From contig NC_057720.1 of assembly GCF_004010195.1 (NCBI RefSeq), positions 1,828,418 to 1,892,417 on the forward strand: a stretch of 64,000 bases of DNA, written 5' to 3'. The notes beneath the pieces are model-generated. The model was not told where the DNA came from. It made no database searches and worked only from the letters and a program-made list of their open reading frames with translations. The translations under genes were made by a program, and so were the position numbers. Of the stretch, positions 1 through 13,927 are shown one piece after another. Positions within the stretch are counted from its first letter, which is position 1, and the number at the start of each line of letters is the position of its first letter. This DNA is from Chiloscyllium plagiosum. Taxonomy: Eukaryota.

Positions 1-148
1 TGGGTATATGAATAGGAAGGGTTTGGAGGGATATGGGCCGGGTGCTGGCAGGTGGGACTAGATTGGGTTGGGATATCTGGTCGGCATGGACGGGTTGGGC
101 TGAAGGGTCTGTTTCTGTTCAGTACATCTCTGTGACTCTATAACTCTA
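1..148 (+). mobile_element. CR1 LINE 3' end
   Basis: 3' UTR matching 46320-46465, ending TGACTCTA TAACTCTA. Confidence 0.8.
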
Positions 149-1447
149 ATTAATGTACAAAAGTCTGGGATAGCAGAATGAGGTCTGTTTGATTGTCACT
201 CAAAAATAAACACCCAGTCAGGTCACAGGGATCTTTCTAATTGGCTGTCTCGAGGTGGACATGTTGTACAACCAATGGCAAGAGTGTTTGGGGTTTGGGA
301 GCAGGACAGGGGATCATGTGACAAAATCTCCAGGAATACTTCTAACTAAAGTTGGCAAATCACAAGTTTATTCAGATTCATTCACGGGACGTGGATGTCA
401 CTGGCTGGCACAGCATTTATTGTCCATCCCTAATTGCCCAGGGGGCAGTTAAGAGTCAACCACGTTGTTGTGAGTCTGGAGTCACACTTAGGCCAGACCG
501 AGTAATTTAGGTAGAGTCCCTCCTCAAAGGACATTAGTGATCCAGATGAGTTTTGATGATAATTGTCAGGGTCACATCACAGAGACCCACTTTATATTAC
601 AGATATATTAACTGATCTAATCCTGAGGTGGAATTAGAACTCATGTGTCCCCAGAGCACTGACCTGCATTAACCTCTGTGTTACCAGCTGAGGGACAGTA
701 CCCTGTCTGTGCCTAATGGATCCCAACTAGGATCTGCCTCCAATTTGCCTGGGGCCTGAAATTATTCACTGCGATTATAAATGAGTGAAATCGGGGATGA
801 GGAATGAGATACTCATGTTTTCAAATTGACTCTCAGGGACTTGACAAGTAATGTCTAGGAGGGGGCCATTCAGCCCCTTGAGCCTGTTCTGTCATTCAAT
901 AAGATCAAAGCTGCTCTGGTAGAAACGACAGATCCATGTTCCTGCCTGGCCCTGAGAATTACTGGTGTCGAAGTTACATATTAGCTGTGATCCTGTTAAA
1001 TGGTGGAGCTGTCTTTAGGATTTGTACAGTCCACTCCTGCCTCTTTGCTTAATTTTTACTCTTTTATGGGACACAGGTATCTCTGTCAGGGGCAACACGA
1101 ATTGCCCATCTCTAACTACCCTGGAGACGGTGATGGTGAGTTACCTCCTTGAACCACTGCAGTCCATGGGAGATCAGGACACCCACAGTGCTGTTCATAC
1201 ATTGCTCTGTAGATAGAAGCGTCATGTCACAAAGTGACATCAGCAAATCAAGTGTAAGGGCAGAACGAGCGAAGTCGCCCCTAGTTTCAGAGAGTGGACT
1301 GTCTCTGGTCTGCCCCCAGTGCCCCTACATCTTTCCTTAGATAAAGGGCCTGAAACTACAAATTAAAATAAAAACTGTATTAATTAAAATGTCATTAACA
1401 GGTACAGAAACAAAATCTAGCTTTTGCAACTCAAGGACCAGGATACA

Positions 1448-1605
1448 CAGGAGAAAGTGAGGCCTGCAGATGCTAGAGATCAGATCCGAGAGTGTGGTGC
1501 TGGAAAAGCACAGCAGATCAGGCAGCATCCGAGGAGTAGGAAAATCGATGTCACATTCCTGATGAAGGTCTTATGCTCGAAACATCAATTTTCCTGCTCC
1601 TCGAT
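1448..1605. mobile_element. Palindromic PLE-derived insert, degenerate
   Basis: Same family sequence, with an imperfect 15-bp TSD (AAGGACCAGGATACA / AAGGACTAGGATATA) and a decayed CTGATGA...GAAACATC core at 1559. Confidence 0.65.
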
Positions 1606-2604
1606 AAGGACTAGGATATAGCAGAGTTCCAGTCACCTTTCTCTTGTAGTTAGGCCACACTGTGGCAGTCACTCCAGGTCCCAGAGGCAGTGCTCTTGGA
1701 GTCACTGTGAGTGCGCCCAGATACGACACCTTAGGAAGGATTACTTGTATTCAGTTGGAGGATGTGAATCTTGCTAGTTGTGTTGCTAGTTGCCCCCTTG
1801 AGAAGGTGGTGGTGAGCTGCCTTCTTGCAGTCCATGTGCTGTAGGTAGACCCACAATGCCCTTAGGGAGGGAATTCCAGGATTCTGACCCAGCGACAGTG
1901 AACGAATGGTGATATATTTCCAAGTCAGGATGGGGAGTGGCTTGGATGGGAACTTGAAGGGGGTGATGTTCCCATGTATCTGCTGCCCTTGACCTTCCTG
2001 GGGGTTGACGTCAAGGTCATGGGTTTGGAGGGTGCTGTCTAGTTCAGGGATCAAAGGTTATGTGGAGAAAGTGGAACAGAGACTGACTGGGATGACCAGC
2101 CATGATCGTAATGAATGACAGAACAGGCTCAAAGGGTTGAATGGCCTATTCCTGGTCCTGTTTTCTATGTTTCTAAGAGAGGATCTAACCAGCTTTCATT
2201 GAATTGAGAGGAGACTGGTGAGGCAGTAACTGGCCGGATTGGATCTGTCCTGTTTTTTATGTGCAGGGCATACCTGAGCAAGTTTCCACATTGTCAGGTA
2301 GATGCCAGTGTTGTAACTGCAATGGAACAGCTTTGCTCAGGGAGCAGCAAGTTCTAGAGCACATATCTTCTACACTATTGCTGGAATGTTATCAGGGCCC
2401 ACAGCCTTTGCAGTATCCAGTGTCTCCAGCCGTTTCTTGACATCACGTGGAGTGAATCGAATTGGCTGAAGACTGGTAAATGTGACACTGGGGACTACTG
2501 GAGGAGCCCGAGATGGATCGTCCACTCTGACTGAAGATTGTTGCAAATGCTTCAGCCTTATCCTTTGCACTAATGTGCTGGGCTTTTCCATCATTGAGGA
2601 TGGG

Positions 2605-3103
2605 NNNNNNNNNNNNNNNNNNNNNNNNNNNNNNNNNNNNNNNNNNNNNNNNNNNNNNNNNNNNNNNNNNNNNNNNNNNNNNNNNNNNNNNNNNNNNNNN
2701 NNNNNNNNNNNNNNNNNNNNNNNNNNNNNNNNNNNNNNNNNNNNNNNNNNNNNNNNNNNNNNNNNNNNNNNNNNNNNNNNNNNNNNNNNNNNNNNNNNNN
2801 NNNNNNNNNNNNNNNNNNNNNNNNNNNNNNNNNNNNNNNNNNNNNNNNNNNNNNNNNNNNNNNNNNNNNNNNNNNNNNNNNNNNNNNNNNNNNNNNNNNN
2901 NNNNNNNNNNNNNNNNNNNNNNNNNNNNNNNNNNNNNNNNNNNNNNNNNNNNNNNNNNNNNNNNNNNNNNNNNNNNNNNNNNNNNNNNNNNNNNNNNNNN
3001 NNNNNNNNNNNNNNNNNNNNNNNNNNNNNNNNNNNNNNNNNNNNNNNNNNNNNNNNNNNNNNNNNNNNNNNNNNNNNNNNNNNNNNNNNNNNNNNNNNNN
3101 NNN
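2605..3103. other. Assembly gap (others at 6456-7131 and 35727-36642)
   Basis: N-runs. Confidence 1.
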
Positions 3104-6100
3104 CCCCCCCCCCCCCCGGGATCTCCAGCATTCATTGTTTTCAGTTCAGGTTCCAGCATCTGCAGTAATTTGCTCCTTCTCAATCCCCTGGCTTGATGGT
3201 AATGGTTGAGTTAGGGATATTCCAGTCCGGGAGGTTACAGATTGTGCTGGAGTACAGTTCTCTTGCTGTTGATGGCCCACAGCGCCTGATGGATGCCCAA
3301 TCCTCAGTTGTCAGATCTGTTCAAAGTCCGTCCCATTTAGCACGGTGATAGTGCCACACAACACAATGGAGGATATCCATGAAGACGGGTCTTTCTCTCT
3401 GTAATGACTGTGCGGTCGTCACATCTTTTGACACTATCAATGTCAGATGAATCAGTGACAGGTAGATTGATGAGGATGAGATCAGGTGGATTTCTCTCTG
3501 CCATTGGTTAGTCTAGCAGCAACATCTTTGTGGACTCTATCAGCTCGGTCCGTGATTTGGTGGCGGACAATCTCGGTGCAGGTTTTGGAACTTGCTCCCA
3601 CAAATAGCATCAGGTGCTTAACGACCGGTAAACTTTAAACCCGCGGTTGGGGCAGGGTGCGGTTTGGTGTCCACAGGGAGAAAGCAAGGAAGTGGAGATC
3701 AATGATGACCTCACTAAATGGAGAAACAGGATTCAGGGACATGGTGGCTGCATCCTGTACTTCCTTGTTGACCAAGCTGTCGGTACCCTGTGCTAATATC
3801 TCCTTATTTTATCTTTCTGTCGATTATTTCTTGGTTTCTGCTGCTGGGTTATGTTTTACCACTTTAAAGATGCTAAACAAAGGAAGATCCATTGTTGTTT
3901 TCAGATTCACAGCCCCAGATGCTGATCTCTCTCTTCTATTTGACCAGGGAACCTGTCGTATTGGCATGGCCCATTCCTCAACAATTCACCACTGACCTCA
4001 ATGAGTACAGAAAGCAGGTTTCAGATTGTGAGATATTCATTCCTTCTTAACCACTGACACACAGACAGCAGCGATATTAATGATCCTCTTGTTAAACCAC
4101 CTCAGAGGCTGAGTCCTGGTTACAGGGACTCCGGAAACCATTCTGCAAATTTGCATAAATCAATAATCTTCAATCCTGCCAAGAAGCACAGGATTCTGTC
4201 AATACTACCTTAGCTTCCTTGAGAAACTGATGTATTTTTGGAACTGCCATCTGTGAGAGATGGTGAGCCACCTGATCACGAAGCAGTTTGAAATTAGGTC
4301 GAGGAATAAATGCTCCTTAAAGCATTTGATTGGGTCAGATCTCAAGCTAATAACAATACCTTACACTTATATAGCACCCTTAACATATGCAGGATAAATA
4401 ACATAAGCTGCCGTTACTCCAACGACCGCAGTTGGAGTACTGTGAGCAGCTCTGCGCACCTTACCTAAGGAAGGATATATCAGCCTTGGAGGGAATACAA
4501 TGGAGGTTTACAGGAAAGATTCTGGCTTTCAGGGGATAGGTACGGAGCAAAGGTTACACAAATGAGGCCTGTCTTCTCTAGAACTTGGAAGGTTAGGGGG
4601 TGACCTAATTGAAGTCTTCAAGACATTAACAGGAAAAGACAGGGTAAATAAAGATAAACTATTTCCACTGGTTGGGGATTCTCGAACCAGGGGCATTGTC
4701 TGAGAATTAGAGCTGGAGCATTCAGGAGAGATGTTAGGAAGCACTTCCACACATGAAGGGTGGGAGAGGTTTATAACTTTCTCTTCCACATACAGCAGTG
4801 GATGCTTGAACAATGCTAATTTTCAATCAGAAATAGATATATTTTTGTTAAGCAAAGGTATTAAGCTCCAGCACAAAGACACCATGCGTGGTGCCAATGG
4901 ACAGGGAGGAAGGATGAGCAAGGGCAGTGAAACCAGGTCTGTCAAAGCATATGGCTTCAGTCTCACCCAGACTGACTCTCTGGATTAATACCATTGGTCA
5001 TGCCCGAAACGTCGATTCTCCTGCTCCTTGGATGCTGCCTGACCTGCTGCGCTTTTCCAGCAACACATTTTCAGCAACTCCTTTGAATAACAGGCATGAC
5101 ATTTCCTGCAGCAAGGTACTTTCTTTGTGTTCCGATGTTCCTGTTGACTCAAGTCATTTTGTCAACTTTCAGACTAACAACTATCCCGACCTTCCTGTCA
5201 CCCATCACGACATCATTCACTCCCACTTTCCCATTGGCAGGGTCCAGCTCAGAAGAACAGACAAGAGGTAGGAGTAGAAACAAGCCGATTGTCCTCTTGA
5301 ACCTGTTTTATTCTGTAAGATCATAATCCCTCACCTCTCTTACCCAATTTCTGAAGCACTTGGCTGATGTAAATTCAAAGAAACTATTGATAATAATGTG
5401 GATATACTTTTGATACACAACTGAAATACTCAATCACTGAAAACCCACAGCTCTCCAGAATTCCAAGGCCTCACCAACTTCAGAGTAAAAACACTTCTGC
5501 TCATCTCAGACCAAAGTAGTGGAGCAATTACTCTGAGACTATGACCCTCATTCTCGATGTGAACGCATTGGGACACATCTCTCAGCATTGACCTTGTCAA
5601 GCCTCAGGGTCTTAAGAGTGATCCTGACTTGGGAATATATCACCGTTCCTTCAGTTTTGATGGGTCAAAATCCTGGAATTCCCTCCCTAAGAGCATTGTG
5701 GGTCAACCAAAGCAAATGGACTGCAGCGGTTCAAGAAGGCAGCTCACCACACCTTCTCAAGGGGCAATTAATATTGGCTTAGCCAGTGATGCCCATGTTC
5801 CATGAAGGAAGGTTTTAATGTTAAGATCTATAGCCCAGAAGGAGGCCAATCAACCCATCAAATCCAAACTGGCCCACTGATGAGCAGTGGTCCCTTGAGG
5901 AATGGACAGCCAGTGGGTAGGCCTGGTTTAGACACAGTCACCAGCTCTATTCATTTTTACAAAGACAACTTCAGACAGGCTGCAGCTGGCCAGTCAGAAT
6001 GAGTGCTTGCCATTAACCCATCGGTATTCCCTCCCACTCCCAGTGCATGACACACTCCATTTTGGATCCAAAGGCATTTCTTGATCATGAAGATGACAAT

Positions 6101-6344
6101 GATCTCCAGGTGAAGGGCACCTTGGTCTCTAACCCAATGAACATAACCTTTGGCACCAAGTTCTCAGTAATAACACACTCTCTAAATGGCTCTTTCAGCC
6201 AAAGCAGTCCATGCTCTGCCTGTTCCCAACTTCATCACTCTCCTGCCTCTTCCCTCTTCCTCTCACCGTCTTCTTCAACTCCTTTCCGCCTCACATATTA
6301 AAGTTAATTCACCTTCAATATATTCACAATATTCCAACCCACAA

Positions 6345-7265
6345 ACCATGAGAGTGAATCCCACATTCTCCCCACCACATCCGCTCCCTTTGGGGGTGTG
6401 TCCCACATTCCCACCCCCGTCCCTGTGGGAGTGAGTCCCACGTTCCCCCCCCCCANNNNNNNNNNNNNNNNNNNNNNNNNNNNNNNNNNNNNNNNNNNNN
6501 NNNNNNNNNNNNNNNNNNNNNNNNNNNNNNNNNNNNNNNNNNNNNNNNNNNNNNNNNNNNNNNNNNNNNNNNNNNNNNNNNNNNNNNNNNNNNNNNNNNN
6601 NNNNNNNNNNNNNNNNNNNNNNNNNNNNNNNNNNNNNNNNNNNNNNNNNNNNNNNNNNNNNNNNNNNNNNNNNNNNNNNNNNNNNNNNNNNNNNNNNNNN
6701 NNNNNNNNNNNNNNNNNNNNNNNNNNNNNNNNNNNNNNNNNNNNNNNNNNNNNNNNNNNNNNNNNNNNNNNNNNNNNNNNNNNNNNNNNNNNNNNNNNNN
6801 NNNNNNNNNNNNNNNNNNNNNNNNNNNNNNNNNNNNNNNNNNNNNNNNNNNNNNNNNNNNNNNNNNNNNNNNNNNNNNNNNNNNNNNNNNNNNNNNNNNN
6901 NNNNNNNNNNNNNNNNNNNNNNNNNNNNNNNNNNNNNNNNNNNNNNNNNNNNNNNNNNNNNNNNNNNNNNNNNNNNNNNNNNNNNNNNNNNNNNNNNNNN
7001 NNNNNNNNNNNNNNNNNNNNNNNNNNNNNNNNNNNNNNNNNNNNNNNNNNNNNNNNNNNNNNNNNNNNNNNNNNNNNNNNNNNNNNNNNNNNNNNNNNNN
7101 NNNNNNNNNNNNNNNNNNNNNNNNNNNNNNNNGTGGGAGTGGGTCCCACATTTCCCCCCGTCTCTGTGGGAATGAGTCCCACATTCCACCCCTCCTCTCC
7201 CTTTGGGAGTGAGTCTCACATTCCCCCCCCTCGTCTTTGTGGGAATGAGTCCCATATTCTCTCTA
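6345..7265 (+). repeat. C-rich minisatellite (GTGGGAGTGAGTCCCACATTCCCCC..) spanning a gap
   Basis: Units are visible on both sides of the N-run. Two reverse-oriented units occur at 14700-14780. Confidence 0.85.
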
Positions 7266-9039
7266 CTTTCTGGGAGACGGATTCCTGACTGCATTTATTA
7301 GGGATTATCTTATACAAAAGGCCCTGAGTTCTGGTCTCCTCCTCTGAAACATCCCTCTCCCTGATGATGACGAAATCCTTGCAGGAATTGAACGAGCTCT
7401 GTCAAGTCACTCCTCAACCTCCTTTTATCTGGAGAACTCAGTCACAGCCCATTCACCCTCTGCTGAAAGGTAGAAACTTTTCAAACCTTTGTACTTAAAT
7501 ATTGTTCCACCTTCTCTGATGTCTCAATATCTTGTTTCGAATATGGTGGTCAGAAGTTTGCACAATATTCCAAGTGTAAACTAAACAAGATTTCGAACAA
7601 GTTTCACACAACTTGCTCTGCGGTGTAATTGTATTCCTGTTGGCCTGTTGAGCTTTACTCCCACTGATTTGTTGGCCTGTTGAGCTTTACTCCCATATCC
7701 CTCTGATCTTTCACCCCATTTCGACACTGAATTTCGCAAATATATCGGCACTGACCATCACGTCTCTGGTCCATACATTCCAACCAAACTCCAAGATTAA
7801 CAAACTGAACAGCCAAACAGCTCATGCAGGTTTAACGCACACCAGCTCATTCCAAACTGTTAGGATTACACCAAAAATTATTGCAACACCTCTTGGATCC
7901 GTGGCGGATGGTGGTCACCTTGCTGTAAATTTAAAATAAAGACTATTTGTTATCACTGATGAAGAACATATTTATACTCACAGGAATAAATGCAAAACAC
8001 CAAAGCCTAATGGAGGAGCCTTGGCTTGATTGAAGGAGATAAATCAAAATTACGCTGAGGTTGCAATCACTCCTGGCAACCCAATGTTTTTAATATATCT
8101 GTTGTTTCGAACTGAACATCTGTAACTGTGTCAGGTTGTAATTACACACTCCTGCCATGAGGAGGGGTGGGAGAGTGAACCTAACCATGACATGTTTACA
8201 TTGACACTTGCAATGAGAAATAGGGGCACAAGATCAGGGAGGGAATACACATTAAGGTTTTATTAATTCATCCTTTGTAGATATTGCACAGTACATAGAG
8301 ATAGTCTTAATGATCGTGGGTAGTCCTATGTTTTGGTCATGATGTGGAGGTGCCAGTGTTGGACTGGGGTGGACAAAGTTAGAAGTCACACAGTTATAAG
8401 ACACCAGGTTACAGTCCAACAGATTCATTTGAAATCACAAGCTTTTGGAGCATTGCCCTTTTGTCAGCTGAGTAGATACTATCTACAAACTGAACACCAA
8501 GATCAGATTATTACACAGTTCCTGATTTTACTGAAAATATTTATTTTTTAGGACAATTTATTCAGTCCTGCTTCTCTTGACAGTTGGATATATCATCGCA
8601 GAAATCTGAGTCACAAAATTAATGATAGATCACACACTTCACAGAGGATTAATGACTGTGATATAATCTCATCAGTTCACAACTAGCAAATAACAGATGA
8701 ACCTTTTTAAAATAATAACCAGACATGGCAGATGGTGACAGCTGAAAACCCTCACTCCTGAATGGCTCCGTAGCCCATCACTGCAATATTAACATGAAAG
8801 GTCATGGACACACACCTTTACACTGATTCCTGGGGAACAGGGCAATCAGGACAAGTAATGGAAACCAATAGATGCAGCAGAGTGCAATGCCTGATACTCC
8901 TTGGAGAATGCACAGTGCACAACAACATGTTTAAAAGGGATAAGCTGCGAAAGAGGTTTGGACATGCTGAAGGTGTAGAGTTTGGGGGAAGGGACTTACA
9001 GAGGGAGAGGATGATATAATATTCATTAGAATAGGGGAT

Positions 9040-9600
9040 ATAAAAGAATATTAGTGAACAGTGAGTCCAGAACAGATAGTAGACAAAATCCAGAAGAGGT
9101 AAAAGACTAATCATAGAACAGATACCAGAATAAATCTAGAGTATACAACATATCCATGCTAGAAAGGGCACCAGAACAATTCTAGAACAGTGTGAATCTT
9201 AAATATACAATAGATTCACTCGAGAGTAGTGAGTGAGTAAATCTAGAGCAGAAAGGAAGTGTAAATTTAGAACATACATCAGATTGATCTGAAGACAGGT
9301 AACAGAATAATCTCAGAGCATTTATCAGAATGAATCTAAAGCACAAAAGAGAATGGCTCTGGAGTAATGCTAGAGTAAATCTAGAATGGGAAATGAATGA
9401 TTTAAAACAGGAATCAGAGTCAATCCAGAAGGGTCCTCAGTGGAAATTTAAAGCAGCTTTTAGAATAATTTGAGGATGGGACATCAGGATTTATTGAGAA
9501 TAGCTAGAATTGAGTCAGAGTAAATTTAAAGGAGATGCCAGGGTAATCTAGTATAGGTGTCAGAGTAAGTATCAGAACATTGTAAAATTAGGTCTCAGCA
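9040..9600 (+). repeat. Highly degenerate tandem repeat, period about 24 bp (CAGAATAAATCTAGAG core)
   Basis: Recurrent AGAATAAATCTAGA / GAGTAAATCTAGA variants. Confidence 0.6.
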
Positions 9601-10646
9601 ACAAAGTGAATTCTCAAAGAATGACCCATGTTTCAACTGGCAAAATGGGAAGATTCGCTGAGGTTTCCCACTCTGACACTCTCCTGTTGGTGGAATAACT
9701 TTGGGAATACAGGATTGACGAGGCGGGGGGCAGCATTAGGAGGGAGCATGGTGTTTGTATAGTTCATGCTGCTTCACTCTTGAGGAGCTGCTACCTCTGC
9801 CCATCCCAAGTTACTCTTAGAAAATGTATTTTCTTTCCGATTGGTAACAGATTGACTTGATAAGACAGTTAATTACCACCAACCACCTTTGCATTGGGTG
9901 ATAGTCACCCAGATGGGCACAGGAACCACAGTACACCCACTGACTTTTTATGACAATCCAACTTACACGGAGAATGAGTTTCTAATTCCCAGACTGTCTT
10001 TGGAACTGATTCTCAGCTCATTGCTTCTGAGCCACATGAACACCTTTGTCTGTCAGCAATTGAGACATTATCAAGCTGGCTATGGGAGACAAAGTGGAAA
10101 CAAAGGCCATTCAGGCAATTCATGGGAAAGCTCAATGGAACAATGAGACAGCTGGTTTATTAAAGGCACAGGTTCTATACAACCCCCTCACAATGGGTAT
10201 TTTACAACAGGCTGAATGGGAGACTCCAACAAGGGAGATCATAATGTCATAGAACCTTACAACATAGGTTGAGGCCATTTGGACCATCTTCCTGTGACAG
10301 CTCTTCAAAATATCTGCCCAATTAATTTCACTCCCTATTCCTGTCCCGTTGGCTGGCAATGCTTTCCTGTTTAAATATTTCCCCGGTCCCCATGTGAAAG
10401 TTCTGATTGAATCTGCTCCCACTGCCCTTTCAGGCAGCACCTTCCAGACCCCAACAACTCACTGTGTACAACAATTCCCCTCCCCTCCCCCTGGGGCTTT
10501 TCCCCGATTCCCTTCAATCTGTCTCCCTCTGCTCCCTCACCCTCCTGCCCCAGGAAACACTGTCTCCTGATTTACTCCATCAAACTCCCTTGGCGATTTC
10601 TCTGCGGTAAGGAGCTGGAAGGTTGCAGTCAGAAGGAGTGACTTAC

Positions 10647-10770
10647 TTTGCTGCGTCTCGCAGATCTGTCACGTTGCGGGTTCTACCCTGGCCGTCTTTG
10701 AACGTGGTCTTGTTGGCCACCGTCAGAATTCCATTTTTGGTGGTAAAGTCAGGAAAGCAACGTCGCAGAA
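10647..10770 (-). CDS. SLC44A5: SLC44A5-like exon (124 bp), most 3' exon found
   Basis: ttttcctcaccag|TT CTG CGA CGT TGC...GCA GCA AA|gtaagt gives (F)LRRCFPDFTTKNGILTVANKTTFKDGQGRTRNVTDLRDAA. Confidence 0.95.
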
Positions 10771-12372
10771 CTGGTGAGGAAAAGGCAGAAGAAAATCATG
10801 AAGGGCTGGCCAGAAATCCTGCCACCCACGCTTAGTGATAAACCCAACAACAGCAATGTCTTTCCAGCTCCCACTGAACCCAATGGCTGAACATTTTCAT
10901 AGGCATTCGGCCTAAATGGATCATTCTGGGATACAGGGAACTCCCCTCTTCATCTAACTCCATATCACACCCTTTGATTCTTTCATTACGGTCTATCCAG
11001 TGTCCCCTTTAAATCTGTCCAAACTATTCACCTCAACTACTCCCCATGGAAGTGAGTTCCTCAATCTACCCGCTGCTTGTGGTAAAGACATTCTTCCTGA
11101 ATTCCGGACCAGATTCATTACTGATTGTCTCATACCTGTGACCTCTCATTTTAAACTACTCCACACTTTTCTTCAGTCGGCCCTATCAAATCACGTCAAA
11201 TCAAATCATGTCATTTATCACTCCTGTCCTCAGCCTCTCCCCATGGCAGACCTGTGTATGATCAGATGCCTTCGGTTTAAGGTTAGAGAAGATTGGAGAA
11301 AGGATTTTTGACCCAGAGAGTACTGAAAATACACAACGTGCTGCCTGAGAGGGCGGTGGAGGTACAAACCTGGACATTTAAGAAGCACCTGGAGGAGTAC
11401 TCAAAATACTGGGGAGGAGACGGCTATGGACAAAGTACAGGTAAATAGGATGAGTGTGGTCTGGCGTTTGTTGGTCGGCACAGACATGGTGGGCTGAAGG
11501 GCCTGTTTCAATGCTCCATGACCTTTTTCTACTTCTGGAAAAGTGGCCAACAAAACAGCTCAGACAATTAGAGCCTCTCAGGACTGAAACCAGTTGGATA
11601 AATCTTTCCTGCCTTATATTTTTATTTTCATTGACCTGTTCAGTGATATGATGACACACGTCTGGAGGAGGTGAGACTGGAACCCTGGTCCATTCCCAAT
11701 GTGCCATGGGAACCCCCTCTCTCTGGCCTCTCATTCTTTCAAGGGAGGTGGGTGCCGCTGGCAAGATCAGCATTTGTTGCAAATTCCGAATCGCCCTGAA
11801 CTGAGAGACTTGCTCAGGTATTTCACAGAGCACTGAAGAGTCCACCCCATTTAAAAGACAGATGAGGAGAATTTATTTTCTTGACGTCTGATCGGGAATT
11901 GGTGGAATTCACTGCCTCAGCACGTGGTGGATGTCAGGACACCCAGTAAATGGAAGGAGGAGACAGACAGACATTTCATGAGTGACGGTGATGGAGACCG
12001 GGCAGGAAGGTGGAATTGAAGCTCAGATGAGATCAGCCATGATCGTATTAAATGGTGGACAGTCTCGAGGGGCTGAATGGCCTCCTCCTGTAGCTAGTTC
12101 TGTTAAGTCTTTGTCACTATTTATTCCCCAGTGAACAATTCATTGTTTGATCACTGTTTGTAGAATCTTGCTTTGTGCAGACTGGCTGATTACAATATTC
12201 CCAGAATGGGAACAGTCCTCTCAAATCAACTGTAAAGGGCTTTGGGACATGGTGATCTCATCAAAGCTGCTACATAAATTCAAATCTATGTTCTTTAAGA
12301 TGATGCTGTCTCCTTAACAATCGGCTTGATATCTTTATTAGATTGCTATCCTCTAAACATTATACTTCATAC

Positions 12373-12694
12373 CATCACAGAGTTCCCTACAGTGTGGAAG
12401 CGGGTCATTTTGGCCATCAAGTTGACCCTGACCCCAGGAAGAGCATCCCACCCAGACCCAACAACTCCTCCCCCTCTACTCTATCCTTTTAACTCTGCAT
12501 TTCCCATGGTTAATCCATCTAGCCTACACATCCCTGGGCACTATGGGCAATTTAGCATGGCCAATCCACCTAACCTGCATATCTTTGGATGTGGCAGGAA
12601 ACCAGAGCACCCAGAGGAAACACAGGAAGAATGTGCAAACGCCACACAGACAGACGCTCGAGGGTGGGATCGAACCCGGATCCCTGGTGCTGAG
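12373..12694 (-). mobile_element. HE1-type SINE, 5'-truncated
   Basis: Family body sequence on the reverse strand. Confidence 0.8.
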
Positions 12695-13064
12695 TGGGAA
12701 GTCAGGTTGAGGTTGAATAGGACATCGGTGAGGCTGCTTATAGAGCATAGAACATAGTACAGCATAGCACAGTACATGCCCTTCAACCCACAATGTTGTG
12801 CTGAGCATATCTCTTAATCTGAGATCAACCTAACCTACACACCCCTCAATTTAATGCGTCCATGTGCTTGTCCAGCAGTCACTTAAATGTCCCTAATGTC
12901 TCTGACTCTACTACCACCACTGGCAGTGCATTCCACACACCCACCACTCTCTGTGTAAATAACTTATCTCTGACATCTCCCCTTTACCTTCCTCCAATCA
13001 CCTTAAAATTATGATCCTTCATGACAGCCATTTCTGCTCTGGGGAAAAGTCTCCAGCTATCTTC

Positions 13065-13555
13065 TGGAATTCTGCGCCCAGTTCTGGCCCGCTAGTTAAA
13101 GGAAGGATATGATTAAGCTGGAGAGGGTTCAGGAGAGATTTCCCAGAATGTTGCCAGGTATGGATGGTCTGAGTTCTAAAGAAAGGTTGAAGAGGCTGGG
13201 ACTTTTCTCACTGGAGCGCAGGAGGTTGAGAGGCGACCTGATAAAAGTTTATAAAATATTGAGAGGTATAGATAGATTCTATGGGAGGTTTTTTTTCCCT
13301 AGGATGGGAGATTTGAAGACTAGGGGGCACATTTGTAAGGTGAGAAGAGAGAGACTTAGACAAGACATGAGGGGAAAATTGTTTACACATGTGGAATGAA
13401 CGTCCTGAGGAAGTGGTGGATGTGGGTACAGTTATAACATTTAAAAGACATTTGGATAAGTACATGAATAGGAAAGGTTTGGTGGGGAATGGGCCAGAGC
13501 AGGCAGTGGGATTAGATTAGTTTGGGATTATGTGCAGCACGGACTAGCTGGACTA
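13065..13555 (+). mobile_element. CR1 LINE 3' fragment
   Basis: ORF 13109-13399 reads [26 protein letters not shown]. Confidence 0.85.
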
Positions 13556-13866
13556 ACTCTAGTCTTTTTCCCACTGAAGAGCCTGCCAAAGGTAATCGAC
13601 ATATTTCTTCACTGTGTTACGGTCAATTTAGCTCCACAACTTTGCGTGGGCTGATCATGCAATCTCCCACTCAGAAAATGGCAGGAATTGTGGGCAGGGG
13701 ACTTTCATTCAACACATGATTTCTGAACTCATGCCCCATGCAATTGTGGCCTGGATGGTGAACTTGCTTCCTACCAACTCCCTCCCTTGTTCCCTCCCCC
13801 ACCACTCAGGACAACTAAGTACTAAATCCAGGGCAGTGCTGCATCAAAGGAAGGTATGATACGTAC

Positions 13867-13927
13867 AGGGTCGGCTGGGAACAATCATTGATGGGCAGTC
13901 TTCATCTCGAGTCACCTGGGCAGCAGA
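13867..13927 (-). CDS. SLC44A5: SLC44A5-like exon (61 bp)
   Basis: ctttctattatag|TCT GCT GCC...CGA CCC T|gtacgt gives SAAQVTRDEDCPSMIVPSRP(F). Confidence 0.93.

Noticed and set aside
5001..5075. Hammerhead motif
   Set aside because: Only the GCCC-GAAACGTC half is present; CTGANGA is missing.
2370..7294. Long ORFs containing X runs
   Set aside because: Their length comes from assembly gaps.
7638..7695. 26-bp direct duplication TGTTGGCCTGTTGAGCTTTACTCCCA
   Set aside because: It is real but most likely a local slippage event in a decayed LINE, with no sign of function.
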